From NCBI RefSeq assembly GCF_041146345.1, contig NW_027191408.1, positions 682,001-746,000 of the forward strand: 64,000 bases of DNA. The letters are read 5' to 3'. The notes under the pieces are model-generated. The model was not told the origin of the DNA, ran no database searches, and saw nothing but the letters and a program-made list of their open reading frames with translations. The DNA is from Neodothiora populina (lineage: Eukaryota). The position numbers were made by a program, and so were the translations under genes. How positions within the stretch are numbered: the stretch's first letter is position 1; each line of letters begins with the position of its first letter. This document shows, in pieces, positions 26,807 through 39,338 of this stretch.

Positions 26807-27955
26807 ATGAGACCAAGTCGAGTCTTTGATGTAGCGATATCACGATCAAGATGGCACTTGTTTGAATGGTGCGACCTTGCAATGTCCGTAGCCCTGCATG
26901 AATCAGTGCTGTATGCGAGTAACTCATGAAACATGGCAGAACACCGTCGTTCATTAAACATTGCTGCCAGGCCATGCTTACCGCTCAATGGACTCACAAA
27001 CTACCGGTCATCCAGAGCAGTTCGCCTGCAGAGCTTGCTGCCGAATTGATTAAACGTGCCTTGGATAACATCGAGGATATCAACGAGGAACGTTACACTG
27101 TGGTAGACTTTTGCTCTGGTGCTGGAGGTCAGTTGTGACTGTCACTGTTTGCTGTTTCCTCTTCTTAGTGTCTTCGATCTCCCTACGTTTACGAGATCTA
27201 TTCCACGACTAATATTGTCTTCGATGTAAGGCCCTGTACCAGCTATTGAGAAAGCAGTGAACACCACTCGTGTGGCGCATCACAACTCACCAATACCATT
27301 TCGAGTGTCAGACATCCACCCACACATCGATGCCTGGATGGAAATGTCCACACACAGTGCTAACCTGAGTTTCATCCCTCAACCAGTAGACGCCACCACG
27401 GCTCCGTCGTCAGTGATATCAAAGACTTCGTCGCGATGCCCGTACCCGGAGTCAGCTACCAAAATGTTCCACCTATTCTGTCTATCGTTCCATCACTTTT
27501 CAGACGAGTCGGCGGCGAATGTGATGAGTAGCATGCTACAGACGAGCGACGGGTTCGCCATCATCGAGTTGCAGGATCGCACGTTGGGAATGTTGATGCT
27601 CATGTCAGGGGAATTCGCATTGCTGTACCTGCTAACCATTTTCTGGTTTCCTCATGACCTGGTCCACCTCGCCTTGACATACTGGTTGCCTGTCTTGCCG
27701 TTTGTACAGCTTTGGGACGGACTTGTCAGCTGTCTTCGCACGAGGACTTTCGGCGAAGTCCTCTGGCTGGCCGAGAAAGCTCTAGGGCAAAAGGCGAAGG
27801 TGGTTGAGACGATTCATTCTGACCATGTAAACGGCGGTAGAGGATCTGAGGACATATCTGTGGCGATATGCGGAGACTGGAGGTTCACTAAGGTGCGAGC
27901 ATTACATACCTGGCCTTTTGGGTATATGAATGCTGTAGTCGGGCATAAAAGATAG
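26807..27955 (+). CDS. Class I SAM-methyltransferase-like membrane protein; 3 exons
   Basis: Splicing (introns ~26884-26939 and 27128-27230) gives RWHLFEWCD..., motif I-like VVDFCSGAGGP, LSFHHF, a hydrophobic segment and WDGLVSCLRT. Confidence 0.75.
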
Positions 27956-28591
27956 ATGCAATTTCTCTACAAATTGTCACCACCGCTGTTTGTGTTGGCT
28001 ACTACGATGTTTCGTTTGTGTGTGAGTCCTCGTAAGCATGATCCTGCATGTACAAGGGAAAAGAGAGAAGGTCAGAAAGAGTGAGATGGAGTCTTCCTCT
28101 AATGATCCATCTCCATGTCTTTCAGAGATCAACCAGCCAAGTCGTCGTTCCAATGTAAAGTCAAATACCTGCTTCGAACCGAGAATGGCTCTCGGAGTGG
28201 GGGACGAGTGCAACACAATCTGCCATCCTCGGTCAATTCTGCGGAAAGAATGTCTAGTTGTGCTGTTGGGATCAAGGAAGGGTGAGGTCAACCAATGGTC
28301 CACGAAGGTTGATGTTGAATGGTGTATGAAGGGGAATGATGTCTGTACGGTAAATGATCTTGAAAAGATGAATGATGTCTGTAGGATGGATATGGTATGA
28401 AGGACGAATGGTGTTTGATGCTTTTTTATTTGATTTCCTTCGAACTTGGCATCTGCTCTCAAAAAGTGTGTACAGTTATTTTACGACAGAATACATGGCG
28501 CCGCGTGTGGACCTCAATGAATCGCTGGTATATATCGGTTCCTCCGGTTGATTCGTCTCCCCCTCTCGTCTTCTTCCTCAATTCATGACAT

Positions 28592-29051
28592 CTAAGCTTC
28601 CCGGCTGGCGGCTTGTTCGGCTTCATGTGCTCTGATTTGCTTGCTCCAGCTGTGTGATTTGAGGTTAGCGTTGCAAGTATTGAAAAGGGATCAATCCCGT
28701 TTGAATTGCACGTCCAAGGACATGATGCTGAGATAAGTTCGCAAGTGTTGAGGGAGAGATCGACGACACATACTATCTCGAAGGGAAGAATCGGCCAGGC
28801 TCGGGCATCTTGTCGCGGTGTTCCCTGTCGGCGGAGACGATAAAGGCCATTCCGGCGATGCCAAAGACGACGGCACCCATGAGCGCAGTGTTGTATTTCC
28901 AGTTGCTGGGCTGTGCGTACCAACCACCGGCGGGAGACCAGACGTGCTTTGGGAAACTGCAAGTCGAGGTTGGATAATTAGCGGCGTGTTGATTGGACTA
29001 CACCGTCTTTCCTCCGGGAGTCGCATACTCAATCTTGCCGCCGCCACCCAT
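28592..29051 (-). CDS. Small mitochondrial complex I accessory subunit (NUUM-like); 3 exons
   Basis: Spliced product MGGGGKIDFPKHVWSPAGGWYAQPSNWKYNT-TM helix-REHRDKMPEPGRFFPSRYWSKQ. Two GT-AG introns with CTAAY branch sites. Family assigned from recalled similarity to Yarrowia NUUM. Confidence 0.8.
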
Positions 29052-29466
29052 GTTGACTGATGTGTTTTGGTTGTGGAAGGAAGAAACCGTTTATAGATTG
29101 ACTTGAGTCTTATTGTATTCTTCGCAAGGTATCTATAATGGCGCTGAATGCAATAGTCTGCTGTACAACATAGACGCAAGGTAGAGGATGGAGGTTCGGG
29201 GTGCGGAAGCTTGACCGGATTTGGACGGGAATTGCCGAGATTTGTTGCAACTGCCTTCTGCTGCTTCTGCTCTTGCCCTTCTGGATGTCGTGTGTCTTGA
29301 AAAGTTTCGAGGGAATCCACAGTGTGTGTTTAACAGCCAACAGCCAACAGCCAACAACAGCCACCAGTCAACACCGCTCTGTCATACACTCTCTCCTGAC
29401 AGAAAGGGATCTCGGCGGATCTGTCGTTTCTATCGATTTCACAAGAGCTGGGAGTCACGGGCACAC

Positions 29467-30807
29467 ATGAAGGGCGCGAGAATACCGCGGTGGGGAGGCT
29501 CATTGCTGCCGCCACGAAATCTGCGACTTTCACTTCTACAGCACCAATCGACATCATTACCTCTTAGAACTCAGCAGCCTAGTCGGTCACTCCGTACTTT
29601 GTCCCACACTTCCACCAGACCCTTGACGCAGTCGAGGTGCTTCTCGCTATCGGCGAGCTCACGGCAAAATGCAACCACGCTTGCATCCGAGTCGCCGGCA
29701 GACGGATCCGTCAACGATTTATCGCTAGACATTCAAGCCCAAGAACACTCTCCATCGCCTCGCGCTGCAGCACAGTCGGCCAAATTGGCTGCTCTCCACG
29801 CTCGTCTTTCCCTCCCCGCCCGACTGCCTGTTCAGACGCTTGCCCGCTGTTTAGTGGATGCATCGGCGGACCCCCGACCCGAACACAACAATGCCTCCCT
29901 CGCCACCATTGGTCAAGATCTGCTAGGTTTCTACACTGCAGAATGGTTGATCTGCAACTATCCTCGTCTGCCCATGGAGATTGTATTCGCAGCTCAAGCT
30001 GGTTATGTCGGTCCCAAGACTTTGGATTCCATACGACGAGAGTGGGGTGTCGAGGCCGCCGCTGCTCCTGGTCCCGAGGTCGATGCCGGTCTTCTTCAGG
30101 TCTCAAGAGTGCAGGCCGGCAATGCCATGAGCCCCGAAGGACTGACGAGGGTCAAGGATAGCCAGAGCTGGGGCGACAAGCAAAAGCGAGCTTCATATGT
30201 CCCCCACAAGCGCGGTGTGTCCACCCGCATTGTCAATGACAGTGTCTTTGATGATGCTGTGCCCTTTTCCGGCCTTTTACCTACCGAAGGTGCCCAAGGC
30301 GACGTGAATGCCCCTGCACAGCTCAATGCCCAGGGTGGTTCTACTTTACAAGATGCATCCGCCACCTTTGTGAGGGCATTGTTCGGCGCTCTCTACCTAC
30401 ATGCAGGTGGTGCGGCTGCCAAGTCGTTCCACACCAGCCACATTCTCTCTCGCCATCTTCCTCTTCACTCTCTATTCGCGTTCAAGCACCCCACACGCGA
30501 TCTGAGTCGTCTATGTCAGCGTGAAGGCTTCGAGTCACCTGTCGCTCGTCTGCTTTCCGAGACGGGTCGCCACTCGCGCAGTCCTGTGTTTATTGTAGGT
30601 GTCTACTCTGGCGAGGAGAAGCTCGGCGAAGGAGAGGGCGCCAGTCTGGACGAGGCCAGAGTGAGAGCGGCCGCCAATGCCATGAGGTCTTGGTATCTAT
30701 ACACACCTCTGGCGGAGGACGTTGTATTACCTTCTGAGGTCGAGGGCGTCAATGCAAAGAGAACGTGGAAACCGCAGACGGTTGATATTGGAGAGATTGT
30801 CACTTAA
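29467..30807 (+). CDS. MRPL3: Mitochondrial ribosomal protein mL44 (RNase III-like fold plus dsRBD)
   Basis: Presequence from ATG 29467. LHARLSLP..LARCLVD, YPRLP and PVARLLSETGRHSRSPVFIVGVYSG motifs. Confidence 0.9.
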   Translation: MKGARIPRWGGSLLPPRNLRLSLLQHQSTSLPLRTQQPSRSLRTLSHTSTRPLTQSRCFSLSASSRQNATTLASESPADGSVNDLSLDIQAQEHSPSPRAAAQSAKLAALHARLSLPARLPVQTLARCLVDASADPRPEHNNASLATIGQDLLGFYTAEWLICNYPRLPMEIVFAAQAGYVGPKTLDSIRREWGVEAAAAPGPEVDAGLLQVSRVQAGNAMSPEGLTRVKDSQSWGDKQKRASYVPHKRGVSTRIVNDSVFDDAVPFSGLLPTEGAQGDVNAPAQLNAQGGSTLQDASATFVRALFGALYLHAGGAAAKSFHTSHILSRHLPLHSLFAFKHPTRDLSRLCQREGFESPVARLLSETGRHSRSPVFIVGVYSGEEKLGEGEGASLDEARVRAAANAMRSWYLYTPLAEDVVLPSEVEGVNAKRTWKPQTVDIGEIVT

Positions 30808-31556
30808 TGTAGATTTACTATGACATGACTGGAAAAGAGGAGCAACAAGAAAAACAAAACTCGGGGATTCAAAAGACACGGATATCATTTGTACGATTAG
30901 GAGCCATGGAGCCATGTGTCGGGACGATTGGCCGTCGTTCCAGTGGAAGAGGGAACAAAACATTGTGGTGGAGCATAAAAGATTCTATCATTGTTTTCTC
31001 ATATCCACACTCACAGAAAGGCCCTCCCACTTTCTGCCTGAGGACTCTGTAAATACTAAGCAAAAAATAACTACCTTGCCTGTTCAGATGAATTGATGTC
31101 TTGTTCTCAAGTGACTGCGATGTGCAGAGCGCATTGTGGGTGTATGTCTCAGAATAATGGAAGATGAGGTGATGGCTGGATCAGGAACAAGAGGCGCAAC
31201 GAGTCATGAAACGGTGTTTAGGGACAGTCCAAGTACTTGTACAATGAGTACAAGTATCGACAGTGTCGTCGTCGTCATCCGACCACTTCGACCTATTTAC
31301 TGGTGGTTTAGCTCTACCAAACCTCCCCTTGCCTGGACTAACGACCTTGCAGTGATTGTTCTGTGTGACCTGCGTCCTGCCGAATAAATTGATTTGCCCC
31401 ATCCATTGGCAAACACCAGAGTTCATTCTGCACTCTGGCACGCCTGATCAGCAGCTTTGTTTGCCCACCCAACCCACTATCCATCCCCCTGGCGCGCCAG
31501 CAGCTCCACGTGCTCGTGAAATCATCCTGAACCCAAGCAGAGAGGAGTCGCCCATC

Positions 31557-33499
31557 ATGGCTGCAAGCACCACCGGCATGCATAACCTGACGACGCTCAT
31601 CAAGCGGTGTGTTTTTGTTTCCTTTGCTATCTATCATCCATTCCGTGAAAAAACAACCCAGCTCTCTGGTGTTTTGGCTGGCGAACCATGGAGGATCTAC
31701 TGCACCCTGAACAACACATCCCATCCCCATTGCCACAATCCCTGGAGCTCCACTAAGTCAGCTTCTTCGCAGGCTCGAGGCAGCGACGTCAAGACTGGAA
31801 GACATTGCTTCCAGCTCTCAGTCCTCTGACGGTGTCGATACCGCATCCGCTCGAAATGCTGCCGGATCAGCCAGCGCTCCCGAACTCCCAGCCATGGCCA
31901 ACTCGGCACCCACGCCGCCCGTCAACGTCGCAGCACCGCCTGCTGAAGCACCGAAGCCTTCCCTGCCCCCGGCCATCGAAGCTCTCGATGAGCTAGCCGA
32001 CAGCGACCTCAAGAAGTTTTTGGAGACGGCCAAGGATCTGGACAAGAACATCGCCGACCAGGCCGAGGCCGTCGCCCGCGCCTTCAACGCACAACGAACC
32101 TACCTTCTGATCTCGACAAAGGCCAAGAAGCCCGACATGACCTCGTCTGCCTTTGCCGACCTCATCAAGGACCTGCAGCAAGAGATGAGCACGGTGACAG
32201 AAATCAAGGAGTCCAACCGCGCTTCTCCCTTCAAGGATCAATTGGCCATGGTCGCCGAGGGCATGGGTGCGCTGCAATGGGTTGTCTTTGAGGGAAAGCC
32301 TGCAGATTACGTCGGCGAAGTCCTCGGCGGCGTCCAGCTCTTCGGAAACAGAGTGCTCAAGGAGTACAAAGAAAAGTAAGGTCAGGTCTTGGTGAAAACA
32401 CTAGGGTCTCATGACTTATGTATCTTGTGTTCAGGGACCAGAAGCAAGTCGGCTACGTCCAATCGTACTATTCTCTCTGGAAAAATCTCCAGGCTTACAT
32501 CCGCAAACACTACCCCACGGGCGTGACGTGGAACAACAACGGATCTGAACTCACCCAAGCTCTCAAGGACGTGAGCGCTGCTCCCACCCCTGCATCTGCA
32601 TCTGCACCTGCACCCCCCGGCGGCGCCGGAGGCCCTCCACCTCCTCCACCTCCACCACCACTTCCTACCTTTGACAACCCTCCGCCACCTCCCCCAGCAC
32701 CCGCTGCTAGCAGTGCTGCCGCTGGCGGCGACATGGGAGCCGTTTTTGATCAGCTCAACAAAGGAGAGGCCGTCACTGCTGGTCTTAGAAAGGTCGACAG
32801 GAGCGAGATGACGCACAAGAACCCGTCATTGCGTGCCGCCGCTGTTGTGCCACAGAGAAGCGGCAGCGCCGATGGCATCAACAGGAGTCGAAGCCCTGCA
32901 CCACAGACCAAGCCCAAGCCCGAGAGCATTCGCGGCAAGGGTCTCGCATCGCCAGTGGCCAAGAAGGAGGGCAAGAAGGAGCTCGACGGCAACAAGTGGA
33001 TCATCGTAAGTTTTCTTCTAATCATTTATTTGTTTCGTGTACTGACAACAATCAAAAGGAAAACTTCGAGGACCCCGCAGCACCAATCGAAGTCGAAGTC
33101 TCCCTGGCGCAGTCCATTCTCATCTCGCGCTGCAAGAACACCACCATCCGTCTGATCGGCAAAGCCAACGCCATCAGTCTCGACAACTGCGCCCGCACGA
33201 ATCTCGTCATCGACTCGCTCGTCTCCTCGGTCGACGTCATCAAATGTTCCAACTTCGCCCTGCAGGTCCTCGGAGCCCTGCCCACTGTCTTGCTGGACCA
33301 GGTCGATGGCGCCGCCGTCTATCTCAGCAAGGACAGCCTCCACACGGAGCTCTTCACCAGCAAGTGCACCAGTATCAACATCAACCTGCCTCCTGTGTCC
33401 GAAGAGGACGATTACGCAGAGGTGCCTCTGCCCGAGCAGATCAGGAGTGTCATTAAGGGCGGCAAGATTGTCAGCGAGATTGTCGAGCACGCCGGTTGA
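31557..33499 (+). CDS. SRV2: Adenylyl cyclase-associated protein CAP; 4 exons
   Basis: LIKRLEAATSRLEDI N-terminal motif, poly-Pro, WH2 (GLRKVD..THKNPSLR), C-terminal CARP ending EIVEHAG. Introns 31607-31772, 32376-32434, 33006-33058. Confidence 0.96.
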
Positions 33500-33764
33500 T
33501 TTGTTCCCTGTCTGTAATGTTGCCAAGCGAGAAAGTCGGCTTTCGGGGGTCGCAAGATAGAGATCATGTAGGATAGATGTAGAGACTAAATCTATATGTC
33601 GATGATATTGATCCTAATCGCGACGAATCGCGTGCATCCAAGTCATTGTTTGTTCGTCATAAACCCGTCTTGCCATCAGGTATCGAGTATTCAACTGTAC
33701 CATTCGCTTTGAACTTTCCGACTACTTACTATATATTCACTATCATTTTATCGAGGATTCACTG

Positions 33765-33855
33765 CAACGTCACTTCTATCTCACTTCCACTTCACCGACC
33801 ATTCACTAACACTTCACTGACCCTTCACTGACCATTCACTAATTATTCACTGAAT
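33765..33855. repeat. Degenerate ~12-nt minisatellite (GACCATTCACT-like)
   Basis: Repeated ttcactgacc/cattcacta units. Confidence 0.7.
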
Positions 33856-33876
33856 AAGGGGAGGAAGAAGAATCAG

Positions 33877-33930
33877 GAAGAAGAAGAAGAAGAAGAAGAA
33901 GAAGAAGAAGAAGAAGAAGAAGAAGAAGAA
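33877..33930. repeat. (GAA)18 microsatellite
   Basis: Perfect trinucleotide run. Confidence 0.97.
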
Positions 33931-33963
33931 AGTGCCACAAAGGCACTACAGAAGCTACGAAAA

Positions 33964-34525
33964 CTACATATCCAGATCGAAGGCCTCCGCCAGGGCCCCC
34001 GAGGGGGCCACCAGGGCGGCCTCGTCATCCCACATATTTTTCAGAACCGAAACATTCTCTCTGCTCTGCACAAATACTTGATGATTTGCAGCAATTTGCT
34101 GCTTGATCTCCTTCTCCTTGGCCCGAAGGGCCGTCCGCTGGGTGGCGGTGCCGGCCATGACCTTTTCCTCGGCGGCAACTTGTCCCCGTACTTCTTCGGT
34201 CATCGGGCGGCGGAGGGGGGAGGGGGGAGGCTCTCCAACTCGGGAGGGAGACCTCCTCCGTTGGCGACGGAGGAAGCTTTCAGCTATTCATCATGTTAGC
34301 GGCATGACCTTATATACTTGATGCTGGAATTGATACTAACCTCCGCGAGGAACGCCGCGCGCGACACAAGTTGGTCGGTAGGAGTTTTCTTAGTGATTTT
34401 CTGCTTCATAATTAGCTCAAAGAACAGGTATGACACAAACATGTGAGAAAACGTACCTGATGCTGCTGCTGCTGCCGCTGCCGCTGCCGCTGCTTGCGCC
34501 CCTTAGGACGGAAAGGGAGATTCAT
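33964..34525 (-). CDS. Three-exon orphan gene; 70 aa as written, ~150 aa if a poly-C frameshift is corrected
   Basis: TATAAAA at ~34643-34649, ATG 34525, phase-0 introns 34456-34401 (GTACGT..GCTAAT..CAG) and 34340-34284 (GTTAGT..GCTAAC..TAG). TGA at 34200 overlaps the ATG of ORF 33964-34203. Confidence 0.6.
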
Positions 34526-35244
34526 CTTGGCTATATCACAGTGAGTCTCTCGTTTCTGAACAGATGGATAGGTAGGTACACGCATGATGTGGTTGTAGTT
34601 GATGAATGAAGGAAAGAGGAAGAACTGTTCACGTAGAGCTGCTTTTATACAAACTGTAGACCGCAGAGTTTGCATGTCACGTTTGCTCACAACAAGGTGC
34701 AAAAGTGGAAAGTGCGAAAATGGGTGCGAAAGTGGAAGGAGCGCCGAAGCATCTGAAGAAGTCCCACAGCCGCATCCAGACCGTTGGGACTTATGCGTGT
34801 TTGAGAGCTCCCTACCTCTGTAACAAACAAGACAACATCGGGTATGTCTATACGATCCTGTGAATACAGTCTTTCACCCGGCTAAGGTACGTTGTCTACC
34901 CAGCTCAGTCCACCCTTGATCTCTAAGTCCTCTGAGCGAGTGCTTGATATTGAAGCCAGTAGTCGTGCTACCACTGCAGGCTTGACTGCTGATATGGCTG
35001 CCGACGCGAAGCGTTAGATAGTTCTCTACAAGGCATGATCTTCTGGTAGGCGTTCGATCTATGGATGTGCGTTTCCTGAGGCCCCAGACCTTCCCTGAGG
35101 CATTGTACTGTATCTGGCAGTCCGGTATGGAGACAGCCGCGCCCAAACGTGAACAGCCCAATGTCATGCGAACCGAAAGGGAGTAAGAGATCAAGGTAAA
35201 TCGGAATGTCTATACATGATGTCTTGGTCGGCGGGGGACCTCTG

Positions 35245-35760
35245 CTTCATGCGTCACCTTCTCGACCCCGTCGGTCAGCTCGAGATACGACCGCAAGAAC
35301 CTCTCGGAGTTGTTGTTCGCGTGATTACTGTTGATCTTTCCTTTCTGGCGGCAGTGAACAGCATCAGAAGTGCAGATATTCATATTGACTGCGCTGAGAT
35401 TGTGTGTGCTCTGGTCAGTCTATTTGGACAAAAATACCGCCCTCTCGCCATCTTGACCATCGCGAGTATTGAGCACGGCGTCCAGTCGGCTTTCCTGGTC
35501 AGTGATACGTCGTCTTCTGCTGCATCGACCTCATGCTCTGACAATGATCGCCCAGTCAGCAGTGGCTCCTGACTTCCAACCATTGTTACCGAAGCCCCTT
35601 TGGACTGCAATATTATATGACACAGAATTATATACCTCACCTTACACTACACAGAGTTTCAAGAATAAGGAGCGACCTCAGAGCAGATTGGGGTGACGTT
35701 GTAGCGGTATTATATCGGGTGAACACACTGTCATCTTCAAAACGATGATGCAAGGTACCT
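35245..35760 (-). pseudogene. Internally deleted relic of the alkaline phosphatase gene at 56006-57794
   Basis: MVGSQEPLLTGRSLSEHEVDAAEDD aligns to MVRGQEPLLTRRPSSEHEADLAEED and is joined almost directly to SAVNMNICTSD...FLRSYLELTDGVEKVTHE (intact copy: SAVDVNIYTSD...FLRSYLELDDEVEKVTQE). Upstream non-coding DNA is also similar. Confidence 0.85.
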
Positions 35761-38689
35761 GTCTGAATGATTACCTAAAGTCCTTGCGCATCCGAACAAT
35801 GTCGTAAAAGATAACCGTAGATCATCTGCAGGTAAGACAATTAATCACTCAAGGAAGAGAGACATAATACCAGCGTAGAAGATAATGTTGGAGATGGCTT
35901 CTAACCATGATTGGTTGAATGTATAGAAGGAAGCCTCCTTACCAAGCCCTATCCTTATGCACCTTATGGTGGGATCTTACGCATTTCACTACAGACATGG
36001 CAAGGAAACCTCTTCAAAGACAGTTTTTTAAGAGCATTGAAAGAAGCGCTTATCCAAGGTTTATTCATCCTTCAAAGAAACCCTAGCACGGCTAAGTAGC
36101 AAGGACTTCTTGGATACCTATAAGGTGCGGCAGCTATCTCCGTATGTCGTGGGATACGACTACTTGTTCAGCACCAGATGGATCGGACACAATAATGAAT
36201 TAATCAATCTAAGGCTCTTCAAAGAGGCTCTTCCGGATTACCTCTGTCAACAGTAACGCCGCTGCTATTATCTCTGTTCTGTATTCCGGATGGCACTCCT
36301 GATTCACCAAATCCACAGCCATCAAAGCTCCGTCTAGTCCATTTTCACAGCCAAGTAACCTGAGAACGCCCAGTCCCTTATCCTATCCTTCAGCGTTGTA
36401 GTAGAAGAAGCTGTGCAAGCGAGGCAGTTCCATCTACCTGATATATTGGAGAGCAAGACAGATCCTTGTTGAGCCAGGCTCTTCCGACCACTTCCATCAG
36501 TTGCAACGCCAACACCATCTTCTCCATTTGAATCTGGGGCGAAACTCTCGATGCACCCGAATTACAGCCATCGAAGCCCGTGCCTAGTCAATTCCCACAG
36601 CCAAATCGATCGAGAAACAATACTTCGCTGACCCAGTCAGCCAGTGCTGCGTTAGACGAAGCTGGAACACGTGTTGCGGTCTCAACGAAGCCCTGACTGA
36701 TCTGTCTCCTCAGCCGAATCAACCGCGAAGACCCAGTACGCTGCCCAGTCACTCAGCTGCGGCAGGAGAAGCTGTACGAAGCGAAGTAGTTCCATATGAC
36801 TCTCCAGCGTAGAGCAAGACAACTCCGCTCGTTGGACTGAATTCTGGCATCTCTGGCGCATTGTCTTTCGCCTAAATTGATCCCCAGTCTGACACCGCGC
36901 CGTCGAATGCGATGGCCGGGACCGAGCCTTTTCCCGGATAGTGCATGATGAGTGCACTGCGAAAGTTTCGTGGAAACCCAGTGGAATCGTAGTGCTACAT
37001 GCAACTCGATTGACAGAACAATTTCGTATAGCGGAACCCCAATGACGCCAAAGTTATTGTCTCGTGACCATTCAATACATCAAAACTTATTACCTGATCG
37101 ATGCTCAACAAAGACGACGTTCATTACCTGATAATCATTGGGCAAGTGGGAGATAAATGCGTAGCAAAGGGTTTGGCAAGACCGTGCAGGTAGTATTCGT
37201 CCAATGATAATTCTATACACATTAGTTGACTTCGTGATGTTTTACTAGAACCAGGCACCCCTCGTGATGGCACAGATGCCCTACGATGTAGCTGCGGCTA
37301 TGTCTGCATTCACCAAGTCTGATATGTCACGGACTATGACAGATTTTGCATTTGTACTTTGGAAAAGCATGGCTAGATCCAGCGACATGAACGATGAAGT
37401 TCCTATATCTTGTGAGTGCCTGCCAAACAATCTACCACTATGTGTGCCTCACACACTCGTCAGGGTAGTCAGCATCATGGGTATCGAAGGAATGTCCATA
37501 CATCCTTCGCTCAATATCACTGAGCCACCGACCATTCAATCACCGAGTGTTCGTCTGCATGTCCAGCCCAAATAAGGTCTTCTCTATCAAGTGTCGAAAG
37601 AGATAATGTTCCAACTTCAATGGCAGTGGTTAACCTTGGCCAACGATTCGGTGTAATTTTCTTATGCAGTATACAAAAGGACTTCTCCATCTATTCTTGT
37701 GCAGTATACCCAGATCTATACCCAGGCCTTGGAAGTGAAGGGTAAGGCTTTCCCCGAAGCTACCTATTAGGGCATGCCTCGCCAGACTTTGTCTACGAAG
37801 ACCATAGAAACTAAGCCTTTAGGCAGGACGTCGTAAGCTATTATGGCTGTCGTCGACGCCAAAAATCAAGGTCTTCTTGAAGAGATCAGGGAGGGCGATT
37901 ACATGAAGGATAAAGACTCTTGATTCATACCTGACACATGACTTTCGAAGCCATCCGGTTCCACGTTACCTGTCGTAAGAAACGACGATAACAACAACAG
38001 CTCAAGTAGCTCCTCACCGCTCGCAACCACAGCTGCCTTAGCGAAGATAGACACTAGCGCCAGCGATCCATGTTTTCCCTCTCAAATCTCGAAGCCAGCC
38101 GAAGCTGCACCAATCTCACAAGGCTTTGGTGCTGCAATCAATCTTGCTCCCACTGCCACTATTTTATGCGCATTTAGCCAAGTATCTGCTCCGAAGGTCA
38201 CGACAGAATCTGCACCAAGGCCGACTGCGGATCCTTTTGCGCCTACGTGAGCCTCGGCTGCCAGCTCCAGAGATCTTGGGACGTGCTGAACAGAGACAGG
38301 CGTATAATGGCGTGGGAGATGTCCTCATGAGACTCAAGCCTCAGACTAACCCACGGAGCTGCCGCTGCTCAATCTTCGACACTCGACTCTATTTTTCCTC
38401 TCTGCAGAGAGCTGTCGGAATACACGAAGAATGATACCGAGACAGCCTTCATAGCCGCGTTGAGAGACCCTTCTTACACGACCCTCTCAGGATATGGTAA
38501 TTAGTAGATAAGTCGGTTCCAAACAATATTGAAACCGGCGATAGGATATCAGCTTCGCTGAAAGCTTTAACGGAACAGTCCATTTCGAGGAAAGATAAGC
38601 GTGAACATAGCTTTGCTCGTGCGAGTAGCATTGGGGATGAGAGCTCGAAAGGAAGTTTTAGTCATTGACTGTCCACCAGGTAGTCATCA

Positions 38690-38890
38690 GAAATTCATTG
38701 ACTTCTTCATTGGAAAACCTCGTTGCCTGTTCACTAGAAACTTTTTGCTTGTTCATTGAAATTTCTTGCTTGTTCGTCTAGAACTCATTGCCTACTCGTT
38801 TAGAATTCATTGCTTGTTCGTTTGTAATTTATACCTAGTTCATGAGAAACTCATCGACTGCTCATGAAATATTCATCGACTATTTATCGG
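38690..38890. repeat. Degenerate ~22-nt tandem minisatellite, ~9 units
   Basis: Units resembling TTCATTGCTTGTTCRTYTAGAA. Confidence 0.8.
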
Positions 38891-39338
38891 GAGGTCGTTG
38901 ATAAGAAAACCGAGGAGCCGAGCTTCTGTGTCTACATCAAGCTAGCACTAACCCTCTTCAGCGGTAGTGTGATCAGAGCAAACGATACAGTACCTAAAAC
39001 TGTTTACATCAACCCCGCAACTCCATACCCGAATCAATATCTTGTCAAGCATAGAAGCATAATCTTCTTCGACACAGAGTACTCAAACCCCGATGGCGAT
39101 GAAGAAATTGCGATACACTGAGTGTATCTCGTAGCATCGCACTTGCGCATGCTCTCGGGCGCTGTCCCCTGGACAGTGAGCTCATAATCATGATGCACTT
39201 GCATTCAGATTGTGCCGAACATCACGTCGGCAACACCTGCTTCAGGTCAGTATAAGCTTTCCTCATAGAGCAGCCTGTTTCCATGTCTAGCACGTAGTGC
39301 ACGCAGATCACATGGTTCGCCGATGGTTCACTGACACT

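Noticed and set aside
29221..29466. N-terminal extension of MRPL3 in the ORF track (likewise 7042-7164 for APP1 and 55958-56005 for PHO8)
   Set aside because: These begin at non-ATG codons. The downstream ATGs give more plausible N-termini.
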